From the NCBI GenBank assembly GCA_976226885.1, contig OZ320315.1:96906001-96970000 (forward strand): a stretch of 64,000 nt of DNA. Reading direction: 5' to 3'. Position 1 is the stretch's first letter; every line of letters begins with the position of its first letter. Of this stretch, positions 38,007 through 48,639 are shown piece by piece. The stretch comes from Iphione sp. A-MEVVRFRX5 (taxonomy: Eukaryota). The notes beneath the pieces are model-generated. The model searched no databases. It was not told where the DNA came from and worked only from the letters and a program-made list of their open reading frames with translations. Position numbers and translations under genes: made by a program.

Positions 38007-40569
38007 CAGGGGTTATGCGTACCAGACCCCCCGCCTCAATGGAGTCCCTAGCGATGAAACTATATTTTGCCTTGGTATGCCAGGTCGAGAGGGCATCAGC
38101 AAATTCCATAGACTCCCCTGGGACATGTTCATAGCGAATTTCGACACCGCACCTTGCTTGATGTAACCACAACGCCTGCGCACATGCCAATAGTACCGGG
38201 TCCCGCCCCAGACCTGGACTGCGGGGAGATTGTCACATTGCACCATAACAACTGTCCCCTCTTCTTCAGGGCCGGTCATGGCCCGGACCGCCATCATCAC
38301 ATTCGCAGCTTCCAACTGGGTGATGTTTTAAGTCCTCCATCTGGGTAGGGCATGGAAGGGTGTAGAAGGATGTCCCATCAGACGCCCCTATCCCTTGCAG
38401 GTAGGCATCCACGACGATGGTCTTACTTACTACCTTCGACCCGATGATCGCTCTCCCATTCCAATCTGGGAGAAAGGTGAGGAACCAATCCCAAGTCCTT
38501 CTTCGCCTCTCTCCTCAGTCGTACATGCTTACCGGATGCCCTTCGTAGCAACTCCAGGAGCCTGGAGACAGAGAGCCTGGCCGGCCCCACGCAACGCGCG
38601 ATGTGGAGGAGCTTGCCGATGATACTCTGCAGTCGTTTCTTCGTCGTAACGCATCGTAACGCATCATAACGTGTTGTAATGCGTCGTAACACGTCGTAAC
38701 GCGGGTCTGCTTCAACTGCCTGACATGAGTGACCACCTCCTGGATCTTCGCCTGCGGGATAGAGATTGTCATATCAGCAAGATTAATACAGATTCCCAGC
38801 CAGGTTACGTTTCTTGCCGGGCCCTGAGTTTTCTCATCGGCAATTGGCAGGCCAAGTTCGTGAAAGAGCGACTGAGCTTGCTCCAGCTGACGGCATCCCT
38901 CCTCCATGTCAGCCGAAACAACCAACAAGTCAAATCAAGATACATGAATCCCACTATGCCTTGCCTATACAGGATCCTCACGACACTGTCGGCCAGCCGC
39001 TGCATGTGATTCGAGGAACATCTCGACCTGAACGGGATACTCCTGTCCCAATAGTAGGCGCCATCCCATTGGAAGAATAGTAGTGGCCAGTCAAGGGGGT
39101 AGCACGGGAGATTCTTATACGCCCTGGCTATATCGAGAGAAAAAAGCACCACATGGGTCTCTGCCCACCTGATATGGGCCAAGACACAGTCTACGGTGGG
39201 CAGGGAATGGTTGCGCTGAACCCCCAAGACCATGTTTTTTGCCACAAACGCGTTCACCGATGCCTCAGCAGGGTAGGACATGTCAGTGATGATGCGTCGG
39301 GTGGAGGAGTCCCGCTTGGGTCTTGACATCAATGGAGAGATGTGTAGCCATTGTTTGAAGGGAGGTTTATAATACGGTTCGGCCAGGGCCCCAGCGTCCC
39401 TTTCTTTGTTAATGTAGACCTCGATATATTCGGGGAAGTGCACAGCTGAAGGATGATTTTCTTGCCTATCGACGCCAGACCTCGGCCCTAAGTACCCCAA
39501 GGGGAAGCCAAACGATATCAAGTCAATCAACTGAGGGTCGACAATGTCAGCACCGAGGTGACACCGCCACGCTTCAACATGGAGGGCAGAGGGGACCGGC
39601 ACTTTCGCCCCAACCACGTTCGGGTGCCCATCTCATTTCACGGCATTGTAGATCCTGACAGTCTCAGGGTTGTGTCCGGATCAGGCTAGTGCGATCGTCA
39701 GTATTCGGCAAGGGAGTCGGCGTCACACAGTCCTGAAAAGTCAGTTGTCTCTAACGTGCACTGATGTCGAATCTTGTCAAAAGTCCATTGATACCTGGAC
39801 CGGGCCACATATATCGGGGGTCGCGACTGGTAGCACACACGCTTTCCTTTATTGTGGTCCGGTATTAATCGTTTTTTGTCGTTGCCTGGTTACCTGTTCT
39901 AACATTACTGCTGGCTTTGTCGGCTGCCCTACGGCCTGTTGTTTTAGGCTGGCTTGGTTGTATCTTGCCCTCTTTGTACATGCTGTGTTTGTGTGGGGAT
40001 ACCTAGCACCAGTTGCAGCGAGGCAGAAACTACACACATGTATACACCTGATTTCACCCTCCATGTGAGAGTCCTGCTTTACCGGACATGTACCATTACT
40101 AAACTGAGGGCAAGCCACTTCCATTGTTACACCCAAGTTGTCTACCGGTGCCATGCTCCACCTCAACCGTTCATATGCTATGACCTGTTGGCTATACCAG
40201 GTTATCTCATTACGTTCAAGTTTGTCAAAAATGCTATTTGACCACTTTCGCACGTTCCTCCAAGGCCTGTATTGGGCATCTTGGGCTACCTGATGCAGGT
40301 GTTCCAACAGAAAGGGCTTTTCCTGGGGGAGAACTGAGTTATCATCCCTAATCCTTGCTAGAAAGGCTGGCATAAATTCATGATATGTTATGCTCTCTTG
40401 ATAGTCACTCTTTTCTTTAATGGTACTACACCCTTCTTTGTCAGTGTCCATGTGCACACGGGGAATAAGATTTCAAACACGAAAGTCAATGTTACCTCTG
40501 GCAGGTGGTGCATTCGTCCATGGAGCGCCGGCATCCAGAAAGGTGTCGATGAATTGCTGGACAGCAGGT

Positions 40570-40720
40570 CCTTGTCTTAGCTGAGACGGGTGAGAGCGAG
40601 CACTGATTGAGAGAGGTTTATATAGCCCCCAGAGGGGAGGGGGTTAATCAGGTGACTAGCCTCGCTTGCAATGCGCGGTCATGTACCCATGCCGTGGCCA
40701 TTAATCACAACGCGCGACCT
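40570..40720 (-). promoter_or_regulatory. Terminal-repeat/promoter-like region upstream of element C gag
   Basis: Minus strand reads TGACCGCGCA..GAGGCTAGTCACCTGA, a C-rich tract, CTATATAAA (40617-40625), then TCAGT. Confidence 0.5.
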
Positions 40721-40739
40721 GGCGTTTAAAATAGTTATA

Positions 40740-42010
40740 TTCTTTTTACCGACATAATTCAAGACTATAGAAGACACGATTTGTTAATCACAGGTGACAT
40801 AAATGTTCGACAATAGGTATATGATGTAGAATGGCCCTAAGAAAACATAACAATGGTAAATGTAGGGTGGGAGGGTGGATTCTTGTGACCGTCCCACAGC
40901 GTGGTCAGAGCCAGACTGACCAGTGTGTGTTCGCCGGTCGCGCATGACCAATGAAGCCGCATGAAGGCGCCACCCCCATGCGGCCGAATTAGCACGCATG
41001 CCCATCGGCCCAAAGGCATAGTAGTGGACAATCGGCGAGACATACTGGAAAGTGCCAGTATGCCCGCTTTAGGTCGATGACGGCTAGGTGCCATGGTTAT
41101 GGGCCGGGGCGGATGTCGTCGACGAGGTCCGCGACTGTTGTTATGGTGGTACCTGTCAGCTCTATATAAGGAATGACAAGTCTACGATGACTCTGACGGG
41201 TGCTGTCTGAATTTAGCCGAGTCATCATCGGCACCGTCTATTCCCTCGAGTGTCCGTTTTTTGAAGAATCGCTCTTGTCAGGCTTGATGTCCTTCTTTGT
41301 TAGGCCTGGTGGATGCAGCCATCCTGTCCTTCCTAGTGCACTCAACTACGGTGTGTTGGCACTTACTTTGAGACGCCGAGCCAACATACTGCACAACGGT
41401 GGTGGTGCGCCGTGCCCGACTCCTTGTGCCTGTGGGGTTTGGAGCAGGAGGTCATGTTGTATGTGAGACATGGTACTTCGGGGAGGGTGGGCTCCTTCGT
41501 GCCCCTACACAGCGCTATGCACGTCCTCATCTCCATGACTGCTTCGTCTCTCCATCTTGAGATCCCCTGGTTTATCTGATGGATAAGGGCACAAGGGAAG
41601 AGGGAGTCGTGCATGACCTGCTCAAGTTGAAACCAGAGCGACCTAGGGTGGGACTCGGGGGGGACGGCCCGGTGAATCATTGCGGTCAGAGCCATCGCGT
41701 GCTCAATAGGAGAGAGGTCGTCTGGGGAAGCTCCGTCCTTGATGTCTGCTAGTTTCAAAGAGGCCTCCAGAACTGAACTATTTTCTCCTTTACATGATCG
41801 TAGATGTGCTTACCTCTAGTCCTGTGAAAGGTGGTCGTGGCCTCTGCCTGTAGAGCCTTGACCACAACGGCCATTGTCTCGCGGGGGATGCGCCTGGTGC
41901 GCCGGGTGTAGTGTTCGACATCGGTTATGACAACCATTCCGAGAAGTCGTCCTCGTCCTTGGTTTGTATAGAACCTGAAAATTACAGAAAATACTAACCT
42001 GAATGAAAAC
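40740..42010 (-). mobile_element. Ngaro/DIRS-like retrotransposon D (gag and RT N-half, internally deleted)
   Basis: gag 41363-41758 (LSPIEH..CLTYNMTSCSKPHRH..HHHRCAVCW); RT PMMTR..RVIVDLSF, AVIDLKRAYWHFPVCLADCPLL (about 40980-41210); then an AT-rich tail. Confidence 0.8.
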
Positions 42011-42019
42011 CATAAAGTT

Positions 42020-42904
42020 CCTGGATTAATCGGCTGCATGCCTGGAGAAGGTGCCCAGTTGTGATTTCCTTCATCATGGCCCACAGTTTGAAGAATTTCC
42101 CCTGAATCTCCATTGACTTGTGCTGGTGTCTTGTCAGTTTATAATGACTGACAAGCTTGAAGTGCAGTGGCACAAGTCAGTAGTGTAATCAACTTACAGG
42201 TTGATTCTGGGGCACTGGCCTTCGAGTTTACTCTGTGTGGCCATCCCTCTGTGTCATTGTTGGTGTAAATGGCAATCCTTTTACAAACTCCATGTGACGG
42301 GCTAGGTGTTACTTGTCATCCATGTAGGATTGATGTAGTCAACCACTGGGTGAAGATGGGTGGGTTGCCTTGTTGTAGAGGGAAGCTCACTGCAATGTGT
42401 TCCACTGGCAAAAAGGGGAGGGCAAATAGCTGACGCACATACTCGGTCTGGTGGGTCACCCTCAGACCTGGATCCATGACATACCTGTACAGAGATTGTA
42501 TCCAGTTTAAGAGTGACGGGGTAAAAACATCCTGACAGCAGCCCAGACCTGAATCCACGACATGCCTGAACATAGATTGTGTTCAGTGGAAGAGTGAGAG
42601 TGGGAAAGACAATCCTGACAGCAGCCCACATAGCAGCTTTCAAGTCAAGCACTAGTCTTTGTCATCTTGAGATTCGCTATCCTTTCCTTGATTCAAGGAC
42701 CTTCACATAATCCTCCTGCTGACTGGACATGATGACAAAGACCAGGGGCACTTGCTTTACAGCCTCATCATTCTTCACAATAGTATATGCATTGAGAACA
42801 ACGGGTTGCACACTAGCTGTCTGCACAAAGTAACACCAGATCATCCGTGCTAAGAAGCAGTCTCTTTTATGCTGAGTATTGATATTTGCTAGCCAACATA
42901 TCAT
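42020..42904 (-). mobile_element. MULE (Mutator-like) transposase fragment 1
   Basis: VKQVPLVFVIMS..DYVKV; DLKAAMWAAVRIVFP; LFALPFLPVEHI; YTNNDTEGWPHRVN. Confidence 0.85.
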
Positions 42905-42934
42905 GTAGGATTACCTTCAGATTCTTCACCCATA

Positions 42935-43150
42935 TTATTTAATTCGATTTTGCTGGTTCGGCTTGGACTTCTGGTTGACATGGTGGTGCCAACCCTCATT
43001 GTTCATCCAGGTCGTCAGACCATAGACGCTCCAGCTTTCGATGGGCCACATGCTGCTGGAGATGTCATTTGGTACAGTTGTTGCAGTGTTTGTATGCCAA
43101 TGGGCTGCGATGAGAAGGCACTACTGTGCTACATCTAGAGATGCTACCAT
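42935..43150 (-). mobile_element. MULE transposase C-terminal fragment 2
   Basis: SMWPIESWSVYGLTTWMNNEGWHHHVNQK (WP..WSV..TNN.EGWH motif). Confidence 0.75.
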
Positions 43151-43194
43151 AGCATAGGCATTTTGCAGTTGTGGTACTTGACACCACTGTGATT

Positions 43195-43315
43195 ACCCTA
43201 GCCTGCCTTGAGTGTGTTCCCATACCTGTTGCTATTAATTCTTTGATTCTGGCGTCTAGGGCGTCTCAAAACATCTCAAGTGAGGATCGTCCTTCTTAAG
43301 GATCCATCTAACTAT
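43195..43315 (-). mobile_element. Crypton-like DUF3504 fragment, copy C5
   Basis: WILKKDDPHLRCF/DALDARIKELIATGMGTHSRQA. Confidence 0.8.
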
Positions 43316-43759
43316 ATTTCCACTGGAGCTATTAGTACGATTAGTGCATTTTTCACAATATTTCTTATTGAATGATAAATAATATACCTTCCCTTATCCC
43401 CAGAAAATTGTCAAACATCTCAAATACCTAAGCACCTGCCTGTCAGATTACCCCCCCCCCCTCGCTACTACTCGCAGTACTCAGCCCAGCCCTCATTAAG
43501 CCTATGTAAGGTACCCGTGTGATTATTTTACATGCAACACAGGTGTGTGAGCAAGCGTCTGTTTGGGTAAAGCTGTGAAAATTACATAAGAGTGTGGTGT
43601 CGGATGTGGGTGGGGAGGATATCAATGACTAGGAAGGCGATACTTAAAATGAAAATATACATTTATTAAATAATTGTTTCTGGTATAAATTGCACATAAT
43701 CAAAATTAATAATAATAGAAAAACACAATATGGATATAATAAAAAGTAGCATAAGATAA

Positions 43760-45014
43760 TGAACTCTTCTTGAGGTCTAGAGATGGACACTTAGAGCCTA
43801 ACTGCATTGGATTTGTGCCCACTGCAAGAGGTTATGGCCTGTTCGTCAAAATTGTTTTCATACAGTGTGGTGCAGCAGGTCACCTTACCATAAGTGACCA
43901 GTGATGTTTCTTCCCTCTGTAGACATCCCTGCTGCTGTGAACATGGCATTCATATATAGCCCAACAACTTATTTATACCAATGTGTTGGACACTGAAAAT
44001 GATATTCCCATTGACATTGGCCACTGGGCATTGATAGAACCTACCAGAGGGGGTGATATTGGCAAGATACTTTCGGAATAGCTTAACCACACATCTCTCG
44101 TTGTCAAGTTGGCCATAATGCTTAACAACCCTGGGAGAGATTTTCGAGCTTAATTTGCCAGTTATTGTCTTGGCTGTGCGTCCATTGTACTGTACATATG
44201 AAATACCATCCCTTTCTGTATCAAAGGAGTACTGTTCAACTTGGAGATTACAATGTTCATCCCTCGCTCTAAACCCAAACACTTTGCAGTCGTAAAAGTA
44301 CGCTGCATATGTGACGGGGCTTGAGCGTTATGAAAACCAATGACTTTGGATTCCCAGAGCTGTGCCTCGTCATCTATTGATATGGGGTCAGCCCTTGTAG
44401 GGTGAGCTCCCACACCCTTAGACAACAATACCTTCCTACGGGCGTCTAAGGCATCACATCTTTCTTGAGCAGCCAAATGTGTGATTTCTGTAAATCGTCT
44501 CTGAGGTGTCTTGAAGACCTGCTGCAATATTAGTGAGACTACTTGAAATGGAAAAATTTAATATTTTGAGTTCAATTGCCTAGGGGAGATCCTTATACTA
44601 TAGGATAGTTGAAATTCAACTAACCTGGGGGGTAATCGGTCCCATCTTGCTTGCGGATTTCCATGATAAATCGTCCTAGCCAATAGTCGAGGAGGGCCAA
44701 ATCGTCAGTATCGAGAGCTGGAACTGGCCACTTGGGATCTCGTCTCATATTTGCAGTTTCTCCAGGTCGGCCATTGACGATATATCCCATGTGCCCAGTT
44801 GGATTGAAGCTTAGTGTTTTTAGGGATCCTTTGAGAGACTTGACACTTGAAATTGCTCTTCTGATTGTATTGGTGCAATATGACCGTCCCATTGATTGAA
44901 CTGGAAAAGATGTGTTGAGTATCCTGTGTTTGTTCCTGTGAAGTTGAAACACTTGCCTGAAGACTCTCCCTGAGAAGCATAGGTCTTTAAAATATGGTGG
45001 AGGAGTAGTCGCAC
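43760..45014 (-). mobile_element. Crypton-like DUF3504 YR gene, copy C6
   Basis: IPKNTKLQSNWAHGIYRQW; LLDYWLGRFIMEIRKQDGTDYPP | GT intron | SLTNIAAGLQ; DALDARRKVLL; FGFRARDEHCNL; ITGH/GKVTCCTTLYENNFDEQAI..SGHKSNAVR. Confidence 0.9.
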
Positions 45015-45053
45015 CTCAACCAGCTCTCCCGGTCAAAGTCTGATTTAGGTAGT

Positions 45054-46260
45054 ATGGGTCGATCGTACAACACCAGAAGTTGCCGAAAGGCCATCAAGAA
45101 AACTCCGACTAGTCATGAAGCAAATGATAGTAGCAGCCTGGGTGGCCAAAATGGACTTACTACAGAAAAACAAGTATGAGGTCGTCTTAACGGTGAGCTC
45201 ACTGTCAATTTTAAACCCAATGGTCAGTCTTAAGTGACTGTCACCGGCTGAACTGGCTGAATTTTCTGTTACACCGTCCTCTGCACTACCAAAAATGCCT
45301 ATCAATAAATCAGTTGGTACCTTTGCTAACGGAGGGACTGCTGATCAGGAACATCAAGATACGGCAACTAATCATGGACATGTCGATGACACTGGACATG
45401 GCTTAATAAGCATGGCTCCCCCACTTACACGATCCGACACCGGTACCCTGAACGTTAAAGGTAAACAAAGCAATCTTCTAAAGGGTGCAAACACAACACT
45501 TGTGAACTCTGGGAGTCAAACAGAACTGTCTGGTAACCAACACCAGATCAGCATTAATCCACTGTCAGAAAGATCGGGTATTGTGAGGGAAATTAAGCTT
45601 GCCATTAGCAAACTTGATCACAAGTTTGAAAATTAGGTGATGGATCTACATGCTCAAATAGGTCATCTAAGAGCAACAACAAAACCTATCAACTCAACTC
45701 TGGATCATCGATGTAGTGCTACAACCTCAAAACTTGAAATGATGATCACTGACATAGTCCAAGCTACTAGATCTGTCAGAAAGTCAGAAGGGTCTCCATC
45801 TTGACATACCAGACTGGAAGTAAACAAAGACTCAATAGAATAGCGGTGGAGGGAGTTCCAAAGGAGAAGAAAAATGACATGAAGAGTTATATAGTAAACT
45901 TATTCAGTGCGCTTGCAGGTGTCAATCATGAAGATATCGGTGACATCACTATATATGGTGAGCAGTCGGACTCTCTATGACTCAGTGTCTTACTGAAGTC
46001 AGTTGAAATTAGGAACGTCGTCCTACACAATAGATTTAATCTTCAGAAAGACCCGCTAACAAAATCAATCTACCTAAAAGAGGACCTTCCCCCTACGGCA
46101 GCTGAGATTAACAACAGCGTCTAGCTGCCAAATCATGTGTGCTCGGTAGTAAAGCTACGGTACGAGGAGTCAACCTAATCATTGATGGGGAGAAATACTC
46201 TCCCCTAGACAGTGCTTACCTTCCTGACATGCTTCAAGATGATAAGCTGCACACTGTTGT
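45054..46260 (+). pseudogene. LINE ORF1: low-complexity N-terminus, coiled coil, RRM-like domain
   Basis: VREIKLAISKLDHKFEN; IAVEGVPKEKKNDMKSYIVNLF..VLLKSVEIRNVVLHNRFNLQ..SIYLKEDLPP; VRGVNLIIDGEKY. These resemble the RRM and C-terminal blocks of L1/CR1-type ORF1p. Confidence 0.65.
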
Positions 46261-46269
46261 TACAAGTAC

Positions 46270-46680
46270 AGATTTCTATTTTGATGCTGAAAATTCCAAC
46301 TTATCACTGTCGAAGGTAAACATTTCACGTCACCGGAAACAGCACTTCTCGCACTAGGAACAAAACTAGAATGAGACTTGAAATTGGAACGCATTAGCAA
46401 CAACTGCCGGACCGCTGAACAAGCCAAACTTGCCATTTTGAAACATGGGACATTGATTTTGAAGGTAACTATGAAGAGACTGTATGAGCACTACTTCTGT
46501 CAATAGCCATGCTTTAGATGCTCTGCTATCCAACGGATCACGTAACCTAAAGTTTGTTGAATATTCAGTACGGGGGGCCTCATGGGGGTGACCCAGTTAC
46601 CATCAGTAATGAGTGAGAGTCGCGGCAAAAACATTATTGGTGAGGCACTGATGGGAATCCATGCTGATTATTCAATCTAA
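46270..46680 (+). pseudogene. NADAR/YbiA-like domain at the ORF1 C-terminus (stops and frameshifts)
   Basis: Joined frames read FYFDAENSNLS..QHFSH*EQ..LATTAGPLNK..TMKRLYEHYFCQ*P..LDALLSNGSRNLKFVEYSVRGASWG..SRGKNIIGEALMGIH. These match, in order, the NADAR blocks F..S.LSN, EQY, M..KF.QN..L..LL.TG, VE.S..D..WG and G.N.LG..LM. Confidence 0.65.
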
Positions 46681-46688
46681 GAGATTAA

Positions 46689-47540
46689 GTGAAAACGTTA
46701 GTAAGCCATGCCAAATATGTGCACTTATCAAGCCGCAATCTGAATGAAATGCAAAACTTTCAAGTTACATGTGTGGAACTGTTCAGTACAATTGTTATGT
46801 TCTCTTCTTCAACAGCCAGGGTGATGCGACACCCGATGGGGGTTCAAACCTCGCACCTAACAAAGGTGCTGGTTATAGCAGACACAAGAACAGCGCCTGC
46901 ATTCAAGACCGTAGAGGATGTGCTCCACCTGCTCCCACTGATATCGATCCATCTAATCACCTTGAAACATGCATCATATTGTATGGTGGCTCGGTGGCTT
47001 TAGTATACAGATGTGCAGATGTTCCACCTCGTCTTGATCTCGGGCGGCATGTATGACTGGGTAGTCAAGGAGACTGACCAGTGGACAGTTAGAACAGGTT
47101 CGCCAGCAGCGTATGCAGACCGGCTACAATATTACATCGACAAAATCTTCCACTTGTGCAAAAATGGTACTGATGATGGGCCTCATGTTGTCCTGTGCTC
47201 AGCAGCAGGCCTGGATCTATGGGGTCTTGAACCTGATACAGATGACAATCTGGAACAACACAAGTTGGATGCTGTGGTCTCCATCCACAACATGGTATGT
47301 CAATCTTCTACCTGTGCCATAGGTGTGATACCATGCTGCCTGGCCACTCCAGTGTCTATCCCGAGTGGGGGCGAGGTCATAAATAACTTTCAACATCTAC
47401 AGAACGATGGATTCAGACTGAAAGAGACAACCATCAATGAGTGGAGCTATTCCATTAGGATGTTCCTACATGAGTACATAAATATGTATGGTTGGCAACA
47501 CATCAGGGACAATGGTCAACTTGTACATATGCATTACTAG
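46689..47540 (+). pseudogene. SGNH/GDSL esterase-like ORF (one in-frame stop at 47001-47003)
   Basis: Track ORFs 46689..47003 and 47013..47540 share a frame. KVLVIADTR (block I, S-to-T), LVLISGGMYDW (block III-like), HLQNDGFRL (block V DGxH, H-to-R). Confidence 0.65.
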
Positions 47541-48639
47541 TCAGCAACTTGCAAGCATCCTTATATGACTAAATGGTCGAATACAAGTGAATACTACCAC
47601 CGATCACTGTTTGACCCAGGACTAGCTGTTGACTGGGAGAGCTTGGCTAGTAATGTTGTCAACAAATAAAAAGAGGTATCACCATTTACTAGCTAAATTA
47701 TAATACTAATCGATTAACAACTTTTTTACCTGTGAACATCCATGAGTATAGTCTTTCTTTAGATGAGTTTGTTACCAGTGCTCAATGTAGGAGACCAGGT
47801 AGAATACTCAACTGCATATTACTTGTTTCTCCCTCTTAACGTCTATTCAAGTGATCACATTTTTCTGTATCTTAGCCGACACTGGTAAGATTAATCATTA
47901 TAAGTCATCAACATTCGTGCATAATAGCTGTTAGTATAATTCATATGATATCTTAGCAAAGAAGCTTAAATCAATTTTTCAATCTACCCCTCCCCTTATC
48001 CAAGTGCTGAAAATGTAGGACTGTATTGTACTAGATATATGTATGTGGCACATCTACTGGACTATGTGCGTGTGCCCAATAGGATGTGTTTTCTATTTTT
48101 CAATTCCCGGGTGATTGTATGTATACTATTTGTAATCATAAATTAGCGTAAAATCATTTACCTGTAAAGGAAGTTAGCTACCTGTGATAGTATTGTTGAT
48201 ATAAGCAACTACTCTAGGACCTGCAATCAGAATATGACATATGTTATGCTTAACATCAGGCAATAATCTCAAACAATAGGTAATGCTCCTATGGTATTAA
48301 TCTAGTAATTTTCCTTATATTCCTAAATCATCAATTGTATTACTGAATTTTTGTACAAAGACTTTTGTTGCATGATCACTACTTCTAACCACATGCAATT
48401 CTTTTAGAAATCACACTATAAGCTATAGCTGTATGGTGAATGTAAACCTGCTTGTAACTGTGTTAGGCTATTATCCCACAATATGTGCTGCATTTTTGTG
48501 TAAGGAACTGGGATATGATCTTACCTATTACCTAATTAATAACATAGCAAGGTGTAAAAGGTTAATAGCAACAGTCCCATTACCTGCCTGTGTATCTTAT
48601 CTTAAGCTCATTATTTATTCGAGCACCAGGTATTAAAAT

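Larger units (their letters stand above)
36860..40720 (-). mobile_element. Ngaro/DIRS-like retrotransposon C, most complete copy (terminal repeat-like region, gag, RT, RNase H, YR)
   Basis: gag 39849-40457 (CPQFSNGTC..H..IHVCSFCL..YPH..C); RT 38423-39617 (SPLMSRPKRDSSTRRIITDMSYP, LDIARAYKNLP, FMYLDL); RNase H 37978-38400 (QLEAANV, CDN, HVPGESMEFADALS); YR 37010-38006. No methyltransferase domain, consistent with the Ngaro group. Confidence 0.93.

Noticed and set aside
37978-38400. DNA methyltransferase domain of DIRS1-type elements
   Set aside because: Motifs (LEAANV, CDN, HVPG..ADALS) are RNase H; no methyltransferase motifs lie between RH and YR.
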